From: Candidatus Fermentibacteraceae bacterium
GTDB taxonomy: Bacteria; Fermentibacterota; Fermentibacteria; Fermentibacterales; JCC-6
DNA: 25,122 nt
NCBI GenBank assembly: GCA_041686025.1
Contig: JAWLEP010000011.1
Span: forward strand, 42,712-67,833
Direction: 5' to 3'
The notes beneath the pieces are model-generated. The model was not told the DNA's origin. It was given only the letters and a program-made list of their open reading frames with translations, and did not search any database. The position numbers and the translations under genes were made by a program. Below are positions 8,352 through 16,638 of this stretch, piece after piece (within the stretch, counting starts at the first letter, position 1; every line of letters begins with the position of its first letter).

Positions 8352-8627
8352 GTGACAAAGAAAGACCTTGTCAACCACGTGTCGGACGCGGCCGGACTTA
8401 CCAAGAAGGATTCCGCCAAGGCCGTAGATGCCATTTTCGATGGCATAATGGGGACTTTGGGCCAAGGCGAGAAGGTCAGTCTGGTGGGTTTTGGCACCTT
8501 CTCGGTGAAGCATCGCAAAGCCCGTCAGGGCGTGGATCCTCGGAATCCCAGCAAGAAGATCCCGTATCCCGCCAAGGACGTACCCCATTTCAAGGCCGGG
8601 AAGAACCTCAAGGAGGCGGTCGAGTAG
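8352..8627 (+). CDS. hup: HU family DNA-binding protein
   Basis: 91 aa, GTG start; MTKKDLV, VSLVGFGTFSV, RKARQG, PHFKAGKNLKEAV. Confidence 0.95.
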   Translation: MTKKDLVNHVSDAAGLTKKDSAKAVDAIFDGIMGTLGQGEKVSLVGFGTFSVKHRKARQGVDPRNPSKKIPYPAKDVPHFKAGKNLKEAVE

Positions 8628-8690
8628 CTGCCCTCCGGCGGAAGCGTGGCCCCGGGCCGCGCTTCCGCCACATCCCCGGGAATGTCCCCT

Positions 8691-9509
8691 ATGCCCCTTG
8701 ATCTGTCCGTGATAGTCACCACCTACAACAGCGCCGGCGTAGTGGGCGGCCTGCTGGACTCCATCGCCGCCCTGGAAGCCGAAGATGCGCCCTCGGAGGT
8801 GATTGTGGTGGACAACGCCTCCTCCGACGGCACGCTTGCGGCGCTGGAGGGACGCCGGGGGGTCTCCGTCCTGCCCCAGGACCGAAATCTGGGGCTCTCG
8901 CGGGCCAACAACGCCGGGGCCTCCGCATCCTCCGGATCCCACCTCCTGTTCCTCAACCCGGACGTCCGGGTCCGGCCGAACGCCCTGGCCACGCTGATGG
9001 AGACCGCCGAGAGCAGTCCCCGGGCCGCCCTGCTGGGTCCGGCCATGTACGACTCCCGCGGCAGGCTGCAGTCCACGGCCAGGACCTTCCCCACCCTGCT
9101 GGACATCGCTCTGAGGCGCACCCCCCTGGGCCGCAGCGGCTGGGGCGCAGGGAGGCTGAGGCGGCACCTGTTCCCGGTGGACGATTCCTCCACCGCCCGG
9201 GTGGACTGGCTGGTGGGAGCCGCCATGTGGCTCACCCCTGCGGGAAGGTCTGCGGTGGGCCCGATGTCCGAGAGGTTCTTTCTGTACTTCGAGGACGTGG
9301 AGTGGTGCTGGCGGGCGGCTTCCCGGGGCATGGACGTCCTGTACGTCCCCGCAGCCTCCATGGAGCACGTTCCCAGGAGGGAGAGCGCCTCCGGGGCCGG
9401 CCGGGTGCTATGGCATCATCTGGCCAGCATGGTTAAGTTCTACCGGATGCACCCGGGTTGCTCCGTCGGCCTATTCGGTAACGTTCGGAAGGGCGGGACT
9501 TGCCGCTAG
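8691..9509 (+). CDS. Glycosyltransferase family 2 (WbbL/rhamnosyltransferase-like)
   Basis: LSVIVTTYN, EVIVVDNASSDGT, NLGLSRANN, LLFLNPD, ERFFLYFEDVEWC. The start could also be ATG 8682. Confidence 0.9.
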   Translation: MPLDLSVIVTTYNSAGVVGGLLDSIAALEAEDAPSEVIVVDNASSDGTLAALEGRRGVSVLPQDRNLGLSRANNAGASASSGSHLLFLNPDVRVRPNALATLMETAESSPRAALLGPAMYDSRGRLQSTARTFPTLLDIALRRTPLGRSGWGAGRLRRHLFPVDDSSTARVDWLVGAAMWLTPAGRSAVGPMSERFFLYFEDVEWCWRAASRGMDVLYVPAASMEHVPRRESASGAGRVLWHHLASMVKFYRMHPGCSVGLFGNVRKGGTCR

Positions 9510-10933
9510 CAAGAAGACAGCCATCCAGCATTCCCCTGGCGCTGGGGGACCTGCTGCTGGTGACGCTGGTGTTCCTCCTGGGGTACTGGCTTCGCCACTA
9601 CCTGCTGGCCCCCGTCCTCTCCGGCGCGCTGGGCATGGCCGACGACTTCCGTCTCTCCTTCGACAACTATCTCCTCTCCGGTACGGTCATGGGGGTCATA
9701 GAGGTCCTGATGCTCCAGGCCTTCGGTGTGTACAGGCAGACCTACGGCCTGGCCCACCTCGAGGAGATGGCGTGGATACTGCGAAGCTCCTTCATGGCCG
9801 TTGTGGTGACCTTCGCATTCACCTTCGCCACCCGGCAGCTCTACTTCTCGCGGTTCGTCCTCCTCTTCGCCTTTCCGGCGGCCTCCCTGGCGGTTGCGCT
9901 ATGGCACTGGCTCTACCGCCGCATGGCCCGGAGGCGATCGCGCAGGAGGCAGATGTCCATACGGGCCGCCATAGTGGGAGCCGGTCCCGCGGCCCGCGAC
10001 CTGGCCGGGTTCATGACCCACCGCTCTCCCCTGCCCTACACGCTGGCGGGCTTCGTCCGGCCTTCCACCTCTACCGAAGAGCAGGTGGTGGAGGACGTCG
10101 TGGAGACCCCGGACGTAATCGGATGGGCCCTGGAGAGCTCGGTGGAGGAGCTCATCATCGCCGACCCCACCATGGACCGGGCCGAGGTGGCACGGCTCAT
10201 CTACGAATGCGAGAGGCACGACCTGGCCTACAAGCTGGTGGCCGACGTATTCGCCCTGGTGAGCCTCACCACCAGGGTGGTGCATCTGGGCGGCACCACG
10301 ATGATCGAGTCGGTCCCCCCTCCCCTCAGCGGCTCCCGTCTGCTGATCAAGAGGGCCGTGGACCTGCTCATAGCCGTTCCCCTCACCCTCCTTCTCCTGC
10401 CGGCGGGGCTGCTGATCGCGCTGGCCATAGTCATCGATACCGGCCTGCCGGTCTTCTACAGGCAGCGCAGGCTGGGCCGTGACAACAAACCCTTCACCAT
10501 ACTGAAGTTCAGATCCATGAGGGTGGGGGCGGACCGGGAGAGGAAGCAGCTGGAGCACCGCAACGAGGCCTCCGGGCCCCTGTTCAAGATCCGCCGGGAC
10601 CCCAGGGTTACCAGGGTGGGGCGCTTCCTGCGGAAGTGGAGCCTGGACGAGCTTCCCCAGCTTCTGAACGTGCTCTCCGGGCAGATGAGCCTGGTGGGTC
10701 CGAGGCCCCCCCTGCCCGAGGAGGTGGAGCGCTACTCGCAGCGCCAGCTGAAGCGCCTGCGCGCCCTTCCGGGCATAACCGGCGTCTGGCAGGTCTCGGG
10801 GCGCAGCGAGCTGGGATTCGAGGACATGGTCAAGCTGGACCTGTACTACGTGGACAACTGGTCGATATGGATGGATCTTTCCATTATGTTGCTTACACTC
10901 CCCGCGGTGGTCTCCTCCCGGGGGGCTTACTGA
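9500..10933 (+). CDS. Polyprenyl-phosphate glycosylphosphotransferase (WcaJ/CpsE/WbaP-type sugar transferase)
   Basis: Four N-terminal TMs, Rossmann-like IVGAG domain, C-terminal IKRAVD, KFRSM, DPRVTRVGRFLRKWSLDELPQLLNVL, MSLVGPRP, PGITG, DLYYVDNWS. Confidence 0.95.
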   Translation: MPLARRQPSSIPLALGDLLLVTLVFLLGYWLRHYLLAPVLSGALGMADDFRLSFDNYLLSGTVMGVIEVLMLQAFGVYRQTYGLAHLEEMAWILRSSFMAVVVTFAFTFATRQLYFSRFVLLFAFPAASLAVALWHWLYRRMARRRSRRRQMSIRAAIVGAGPAARDLAGFMTHRSPLPYTLAGFVRPSTSTEEQVVEDVVETPDVIGWALESSVEELIIADPTMDRAEVARLIYECERHDLAYKLVADVFALVSLTTRVVHLGGTTMIESVPPPLSGSRLLIKRAVDLLIAVPLTLLLLPAGLLIALAIVIDTGLPVFYRQRRLGRDNKPFTILKFRSMRVGADRERKQLEHRNEASGPLFKIRRDPRVTRVGRFLRKWSLDELPQLLNVLSGQMSLVGPRPPLPEEVERYSQRQLKRLRALPGITGVWQVSGRSELGFEDMVKLDLYYVDNWSIWMDLSIMLLTLPAVVSSRGAY

Positions 10934-10948
10934 CGGGGAGGTGCGTCA

Positions 10949-10964
10949 GTTAGGCGCGCCTAAC
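10949..10964. repeat. Perfect 16-bp palindrome downstream of the sugar transferase gene
   Basis: GTTAGGCGCGCCTAAC; abuts a hairpin ACTGACG/CGTCAGT (10929-10950) that spans the stop codon. Confidence 0.8.
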
Positions 10965-11125
10965 ATCGAACTCGCGGGCTCATCGTTGTTTTATGCGCTC
11001 CGAACAGCAGTACGTGTTGTTTTCGATGGCCCCGACCGCTGGAACGGATGATGCTTCATTCCATACCAATCCGGAATGAAAACGAGCAATCGCAGAAGTC
11101 ATAGTATTCGCAGAAGGAGGAAGAG

Positions 11126-11467
11126 ATGGCTGTAAGGAACCTGGCCTCGGGCGAGCTGGAATCGGTGAAGGATCCCGGCGAGAGACTTTCGGTGGTGGAT
11201 TTCAGCGCCGACTGGTGCGGACCGTGCAAGATGCTCCATCCGGTGCTGGAGAAGGTCTCCGAGGAGATGGCGGACAGGGTTGACTTCTACACCGTGGACG
11301 TGGACCAGGCCCAGGCGGAGGCCAGCAGGCTGGGAATACGGGGAGTACCCACCATGATAGTGTTCCACGGAGGCTCCGAGGTGGACCGCATGGTGGGCTT
11401 CCGCGACGCCTCCAGCCTCACCGGGAGGCTCCGGGAGCTGGCCGACCAGCACGTAGACGGGGAGTGA
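11126..11467 (+). CDS. trxA: Thioredoxin
   Basis: VVDFSADWCGPCKML active site, GIRGVPT cis-Pro loop; SD AAGGAGG upstream. Confidence 0.95.
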   Translation: MAVRNLASGELESVKDPGERLSVVDFSADWCGPCKMLHPVLEKVSEEMADRVDFYTVDVDQAQAEASRLGIRGVPTMIVFHGGSEVDRMVGFRDASSLTGRLRELADQHVDGE

Positions 11468-12432
11468 CCCGATTGCCCGAGTTCAAGATGGGCCTGGTGG
11501 ACGGCCCCTCCACAGACGAGCCCGGACGGGTCTGGGACCTGGTGGTGGCCGGCGGAGGCCCTGCGGGAATGTCCGCCGCCATCTACGCGGCACGGTACAG
11601 CCTGGAGACCCTGGTGCTGGAGGGTATGGAGCCGGGGGGCCAGCTGAGCCTCACCGCCAGGATAGAGAACTACCCCGGCGTGCCCGAGACCTCGGGAGCC
11701 GACCTGGCTTCCGCCATGAGGAAGCAGGTGCTGGATTCCGGCTCCACGCTCCGCTCCGAGGTGGTCCGCAGCGTGGAGGACAAAGGCGGGAAGGGGCTGG
11801 TGGTGTACACCGATTCCGCCGAGTACGCCGCCCGCTGCCTGATGATAGCCACCGGCGCCGCTCCCAGGAGGCTGGGCGTTCCCGGGGAGGAGAGGCTGCA
11901 CGGCCGGGGAGTGAGCTACTGCGCCACCTGCGACGCCCCCTTCTTCCGGGATGCCCACGTGATGGTGGTGGGCGGCGGCGACAGCGCCGTGAAGGAGGCC
12001 ATGCACCTGGCTGATTTCGCCGACAGGGTCACGCTGATCCACAGAAGGGACGAGCTGCGCGCCGAGCCCATACTGGCCCGGCGCATCCAGTCCAGGGAGG
12101 GCGTGGAGATACTCTGGAGCACCACCCTGGAGGAGATACTGGGAGACGACTCGGTGGAGGGCGTGATCCTCAGCCGGGACGGAGACCGGCAGCGCATGGA
12201 CCTCGACGGCGTCTTCCTCTACGTGGGAAGGAGCCCGGCGACCGCCCCCTTCCGGGGACTGGTGGAACTGGCGGATGACGGCACGGTTCTCACCAGGGGC
12301 AACGTTCTCACCTCCCATCCCGGAGTGGTGGCGGCCGGGGACGTTACCGACAACCCGCTGAGACAGATAGTGACCGCCGTGGGGGACGGAGCCCGGGCGG
12401 CCACTGCCGTATACGAGAAACTGAAAGGCTGA
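11464..12432 (+). CDS. trxB: Thioredoxin-disulfide reductase
   Basis: GGGPAGMSAAIY, IENYPG, IATGA, GVSYCATCD, VVGGGDSA, IHRR, AAGDV, QIVTAVGDG. GTG start overlaps the trxA stop; ATG 11488 is an alternative start. Confidence 0.95.
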   Translation: MTRLPEFKMGLVDGPSTDEPGRVWDLVVAGGGPAGMSAAIYAARYSLETLVLEGMEPGGQLSLTARIENYPGVPETSGADLASAMRKQVLDSGSTLRSEVVRSVEDKGGKGLVVYTDSAEYAARCLMIATGAAPRRLGVPGEERLHGRGVSYCATCDAPFFRDAHVMVVGGGDSAVKEAMHLADFADRVTLIHRRDELRAEPILARRIQSREGVEILWSTTLEEILGDDSVEGVILSRDGDRQRMDLDGVFLYVGRSPATAPFRGLVELADDGTVLTRGNVLTSHPGVVAAGDVTDNPLRQIVTAVGDGARAATAVYEKLKG

Positions 12433-12437
12433 CGTAG

Positions 12438-13121
12438 ATGGCGATGCTCTCGGAGAAGGACCAGAAGCAGATAGAGGAGATCTTCGGCACACTGAAGCGC
12501 AAGGTGGTGCTCAGGGTCTACGTGCAGAAGCTGGAATGCGACACCTGCAGCGACACCGAGCAGATCCTGGGGGAGCTGGCCCAGCTGTCGGACCTGCTGG
12601 AGGTTGAGATGTACAACCCCCAGGTGGACGCCGAGCAGGCCGAAGCGGACGGAGTGGAGATGGTGCCCGCCATCGTGGTCTCCGACGGAACGCAGAGCAG
12701 GGCGAGGTTCTACGGCACTCCCAGCGGCTACGAGTTCAGCTCCCTGCTCACCGCAATAGTGGACATGGGAATGGAACGGCCTCCCATCGAGGAGTCCACG
12801 GCCGAGTTCCTGGAGGGCCTGGAGGAGGACCTGGACATCAAGGTGTTCGTTACCCCCAGCTGCCCCTACTGCCCCCGGGCGGCGGTGCTGGGCCTTCGGC
12901 TGGCCATGGCCAGCCCCAGGGTGACGGCCCAGGTGGTGGAGGCCAACGAGTATCCCGACCTCTCGCGGAAATACTCCGTCCAGGGCGTTCCCAGGACGGT
13001 GATCAACGGCAGGCTCTACGCCGAGGGGGCCCTGCCGGAGGGCCAGTTCGTATCGGCGCTGGCCGCGGGCCTTTCCCGGGAGGGCGAGGCCGACATCGTC
13101 GCCCTGGCCCGGGAGGGCTGA
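12438..13121 (+). CDS. Protein disulfide oxidoreductase (two thioredoxin folds; PDO/AhpF N-terminal-like)
   Basis: CDTC and CPYC motifs, RFYGTPSGYEFSSL, VFVTPSCPYCP, YSVQGVPRTVIN, EGALPE. Confidence 0.9.
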   Translation: MAMLSEKDQKQIEEIFGTLKRKVVLRVYVQKLECDTCSDTEQILGELAQLSDLLEVEMYNPQVDAEQAEADGVEMVPAIVVSDGTQSRARFYGTPSGYEFSSLLTAIVDMGMERPPIEESTAEFLEGLEEDLDIKVFVTPSCPYCPRAAVLGLRLAMASPRVTAQVVEANEYPDLSRKYSVQGVPRTVINGRLYAEGALPEGQFVSALAAGLSREGEADIVALAREG

Positions 13122-13131
13122 GGACGTTCCG

Positions 13132-13923
13132 GTGACCACGCTGCTCCTGGTCCTGCTGGGGGGGCTGTCCTTTCCCATGGAGTCCGAGGGCTCCATGGGG
13201 GCCTACAGCTTCTTCCGGCAGGACGAGGGGCACTTCATCTTCGCCACCATAGAGAACATGGTGGAGACCGTCCGGCTGGGCAGGTACTCCATGGCCATGG
13301 GGCTCACCGTGGACACCTACATGGGAAAGAACCGCAACAACCCGGAGATGAAGTTCAACATCTACGGCGGCCACTGGAACATCAACCTCTCCCTCCGCGC
13401 CCGGCTCTCGCGCCGCCTGCGGGCCAGGCTCTACACCGACCACGAGTGCTTCCACAACATCGACATGCCGGACAGCTCCTCGGAGTACATGAACAACGTC
13501 AAGCTGGGAGTGGTGTGGGAGGCCGAGCCCCTGCGGGTCGGGGACGGGGCAGCTCTTCTTCCCAGGGGGAGGCTTCCCTCCGGGTGGTTCTCCCTGGGCA
13601 CCTACCTGCCGGAGGGGGAGAGCTTCCAGAAGGGGCACGACTTCCAGTGGTCGACACACACCGACCTGAGCATGGCGCTGGCCGGGTGGCGGGCGCTGGA
13701 GGCCGGCGGCCGATACCACTGGGACGCGTTCTTTCACGAGGACGGCGGCGCCTCCAGCCGGCACAGGCTGGAGCTGTATACCGCCTACGCGGCGCCGCTG
13801 GGAAGCTTCGAGCTGTACCTGGCGGGCTATCCGCGCGACACCCAGCCCTTCCGCAGGCTGGAGGGCCGCAGCTTCTGGGGCATACGCTTCCTCTGGCCCG
13901 GGGAGGAGCCGGACAGCCCCTGA
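13132..13923 (+). CDS. Hypothetical protein, probable outer-membrane beta-barrel (263 aa)
   Basis: GTG start after GAGGA; short hydrophobic N-terminus; alternating beta strands (HWNINLSLRAR, RHRLELYTAY, FELYLAGY, FWGIRFLW); H-E-C-F-H-N-I-D motif. Confidence 0.6.
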   Translation: MTTLLLVLLGGLSFPMESEGSMGAYSFFRQDEGHFIFATIENMVETVRLGRYSMAMGLTVDTYMGKNRNNPEMKFNIYGGHWNINLSLRARLSRRLRARLYTDHECFHNIDMPDSSSEYMNNVKLGVVWEAEPLRVGDGAALLPRGRLPSGWFSLGTYLPEGESFQKGHDFQWSTHTDLSMALAGWRALEAGGRYHWDAFFHEDGGASSRHRLELYTAYAAPLGSFELYLAGYPRDTQPFRRLEGRSFWGIRFLWPGEEPDSP

Positions 13924-13930
13924 GGCCAGC

Positions 13931-15199
13931 CTATCCGGTGGAGACGTCCTCCAGTACGATCGGGGGCACGTGCAGCCTGCCCTTCCGCACCGGCTCTCCC
14001 ATCCAGGAGATCCTCTCGAAAAGCTCCAGCGGCTTCCAGTTCCACCTGAAGTCCCGCAGGGGGCCGGTGACCGACCCGTCCCGCACCGCGAATACCCCGT
14101 CCCGGGTCATCCCGGTGATCTGCAGTGACTTCTGGTCCACGAACCGGATGTACCACAGCCGTCGGATCAGCAGCCCCTCTTCCATCCGGGAGATGCCCTC
14201 GCCCACGTCCCCGGTGCCCCCGTCCATGTAGTAGCATTCCGGGCTGGAGAGGGGGCGCCGTCCGGTCTGCGACGCCCACCAGCGGCCGCAGAGCATCTCC
14301 CGGAGGACTCCCTCCTCTATCCAGGCGGCGTTTCTGCACGGAAGCCCCTCGCCGTCGAACGGACGGCCCTTTACCGGGCCGTCGATGACGCTGCGCAGGC
14401 TCAGCCGCGGGCCGCTCACCCTTCTGCCCTCCATGCCGCTGAACACGGTCACCCCCTCGTCGGCCAGCCGGGCGTTGAGGCTGAAGATCAGGAAGGGAAC
14501 CAGATCCGCTACGGCCTGCGGCTCCAGCAGTATCCTCCGGGGCCCTTCCGGTGCCTTTCCGGGCTCCCCGGCGGCCTCCGCCTCTTCGGCCACCTCCCTT
14601 GTCGCCTCCGCCACCGGCAGGGATGACCAGGCGTTGTGGGCCAGGTGCCGGTAGCTGGAACCGCTTCCGGTGTCCATGGTGAGGCCGAAGTGGGCCTCGG
14701 TCTTCCCGTGGAAGGCCAGATTGCCGGTGGAGGTCCCCAGGGCGGTCTTCCGCATGGAAGCATGCGCGATCCCCGCAGCCTCCAGGCCCCGGGCCTCCGC
14801 GGTCCCTATGGTCTCCGAGGCCGCCCCGATGCGCTCGGCGGTTCTCATGTCCGCCGTCTCCGCGTCCCAGGCGTCTATCACCGGATAGGCCTGTCCCCCC
14901 TCCACCGGGGGGACGTACTCCGGGTCCTCCGGAGCGGTGGAGAGCTGGTCCCGGACCCCAGCGGCCAGCTGCTGCAGGCGGGAGGGCTCTATGGTGTGGG
15001 TGGTGGCGGTGGCCTTCCTGCCGTCCCGCCCCATGGTGAGCTCGAGCTCGCGGCGGAAGGTGTCGCCGTTCTGGGTGATCCTGTTCTGCCCGAAGCGGAC
15101 GGTGGCCTCCCGGCTCTCCCGCAGCACCGCGGTGGCGTCGTAGCCGGAGGCCGCCTCCAGGACGTTCCTCACGACATCGATCATCTCTTCACGGTTCAA
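13931..15199 (-). CDS. TldE/PmbA-like subunit of the TldD/E protease (422 aa)
   Basis: TTG 15199 overlaps the tldD TGA. VRFGQNRITQN, ILLEPQAVADL, PFDGEG, LWYIRFVD, TGMTRDG. Lacks HExxxH. Confidence 0.85.
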   Translation of the reverse strand: MNREEMIDVVRNVLEAASGYDATAVLRESREATVRFGQNRITQNGDTFRRELELTMGRDGRKATATTHTIEPSRLQQLAAGVRDQLSTAPEDPEYVPPVEGGQAYPVIDAWDAETADMRTAERIGAASETIGTAEARGLEAAGIAHASMRKTALGTSTGNLAFHGKTEAHFGLTMDTGSGSSYRHLAHNAWSSLPVAEATREVAEEAEAAGEPGKAPEGPRRILLEPQAVADLVPFLIFSLNARLADEGVTVFSGMEGRRVSGPRLSLRSVIDGPVKGRPFDGEGLPCRNAAWIEEGVLREMLCGRWWASQTGRRPLSSPECYYMDGGTGDVGEGISRMEEGLLIRRLWYIRFVDQKSLQITGMTRDGVFAVRDGSVTGPLRDFRWNWKPLELFERISWMGEPVRKGRLHVPPIVLEDVSTG

Positions 15200-16638
15200 G
15201 CCCGGCCCCCTCTCACCTCGATGCCGCGGAACCTGGTGTGGCTGGCCCCGTGGGTCATTCTCGCCGCCTGCATGGGCTCTCCCTTGCCGCAGGTCAGCAG
15301 CCCCAGCCTGCGGAAGTCGGCGGGGCCGGCCACCCCGTCGCAGCTCCCCCAGAACTCCGGAGTGGTGGACCTGTATATCACCTTCTTCAGCGGACGCACC
15401 TTGCGGCCTCCCCTTATCTCCCAGAAGAAGTCGCCCCCGAACTGGAAGTTCAGCCGCATCTGGTCTATGCTGAACGAGCCCCTTCCCTCTATGTAGACCC
15501 CCCTGTCCACCCCGGATATCAGCCCCTCGGCGGAAACGCCCTCGTCTCCGGGCTCCAGGTAGAGGTTGGGCTGGCGGTTGATGGGGAAATGGGTGAAGTC
15601 CTGGGCCCTGCAGCATCCCCTGCTGCTGGCCTCGCCCAGCTCGGGAGCCGTCTCCCGGACCGTGCCGAACTCCCGGAAGATCCCCTCACGCACCAGGTAC
15701 CAGCGCTGGCCGGGAACGCCCTCGTCGTCCCATCCCCAGCTGGCCAGGCCGCCATCCAGCGTGTTGTCGGCCAGGAAGCTCACCAGGGGGGATCCGTACC
15801 GCAGCGACCCCCGGTCGGAGAGCTTCAGGAAGCTCCTTCCCGCCATGTTGGCCTCCCAGCCCAGGGCCCGGTCGCTCTCGGTGGGGTGCCCCACCGACTC
15901 GTGCATGGTGAGCCCCAGGTGTATGCCGTCCAGCACCAGGTCCATGGTTCCGGTGGGGCCCTCGTCCGCCCGGACCTTCATCACCGCCTCCTCGCCGATG
16001 CGGGCTGCGGTTCCCGCCAGGTCCAGCTCCCGTATCCACTCGTAGCCCGCGGCCCTGCCGCCCACCTGCAGCGAGCGGCTCTGGGCGTCCTCCCGGTGCA
16101 CGGCGGTGGCCTGCAGCACCGGCTGGGAGAAGACCATCTCCGAGGAGACCAGGCTGCCCTCCGTGCTGCCGAAGACCCGGTGGCGCTTCTCGAACCACAG
16201 GCCGGCGTAGCTCACCGATACCTCCCGGGGAGCGTGGAGGTTCTCGCAGGACCTGGCCAGCAGGTCGATCTTCTCCTCCCTGGAGACGTCGAAGGGGTCC
16301 TCCCGGCAGGGCCCCTGGAAGCTCCCCTCCTGCGGCTCCTCGGCGGAGAGCCGCACCGACCCCGCCCGGGCCACGCCCCCGGCCCGGGCCACCTCCACCG
16401 CCCTGGTCACGGCATCGTCGACGGCGGACTCGGAGAGCCCGGTGCAGGAGGCGAAACCCCAGCAGCCGTCCACCACGGCCCGCACTCCGGCACCCTCCTC
16501 GTTCTTAAGCGAAGCGTCGCTCAGCCTCAGGCTTCTGAAGGTGAGCGACTCGGTGGATATGCTCTCCACTCGAACGTCCCCGTACTCCACACCGGCCCCG
16601 CGAAGAGCCTCCACCGCCCTGCGGGCCAGCCGTCTCAT
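15196..16638 (-). CDS. tldD: TldD family metalloprotease (480 aa)
   Basis: ATG 16638 overlaps the rseC stop. YGDVR, GAGVRAVVDGCWGFAS, HESVGH (HExxGH), WDDEG, SIDQMRLNFQFG, CGKGEP. Confidence 0.92.
   Translation of the reverse strand: MRRLARRAVEALRGAGVEYGDVRVESISTESLTFRSLRLSDASLKNEEGAGVRAVVDGCWGFASCTGLSESAVDDAVTRAVEVARAGGVARAGSVRLSAEEPQEGSFQGPCREDPFDVSREEKIDLLARSCENLHAPREVSVSYAGLWFEKRHRVFGSTEGSLVSSEMVFSQPVLQATAVHREDAQSRSLQVGGRAAGYEWIRELDLAGTAARIGEEAVMKVRADEGPTGTMDLVLDGIHLGLTMHESVGHPTESDRALGWEANMAGRSFLKLSDRGSLRYGSPLVSFLADNTLDGGLASWGWDDEGVPGQRWYLVREGIFREFGTVRETAPELGEASSRGCCRAQDFTHFPINRQPNLYLEPGDEGVSAEGLISGVDRGVYIEGRGSFSIDQMRLNFQFGGDFFWEIRGGRKVRPLKKVIYRSTTPEFWGSCDGVAGPADFRRLGLLTCGKGEPMQAARMTHGASHTRFRGIEVRGGRA

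Noticed and set aside
11465..13121. Possible selenocysteine read-through at the TGA stops of trxA, trxB and PDO
   Set aside because: All active sites already use Cys codons, the proteins are full length at the TGA, the next genes start immediately, and read-through gives no redox motif.
13931..16638. TldD/E as part of a RiPP (microcin-like) cluster
   Set aside because: No precursor peptide, YcaO, radical SAM or exporter gene in the window.
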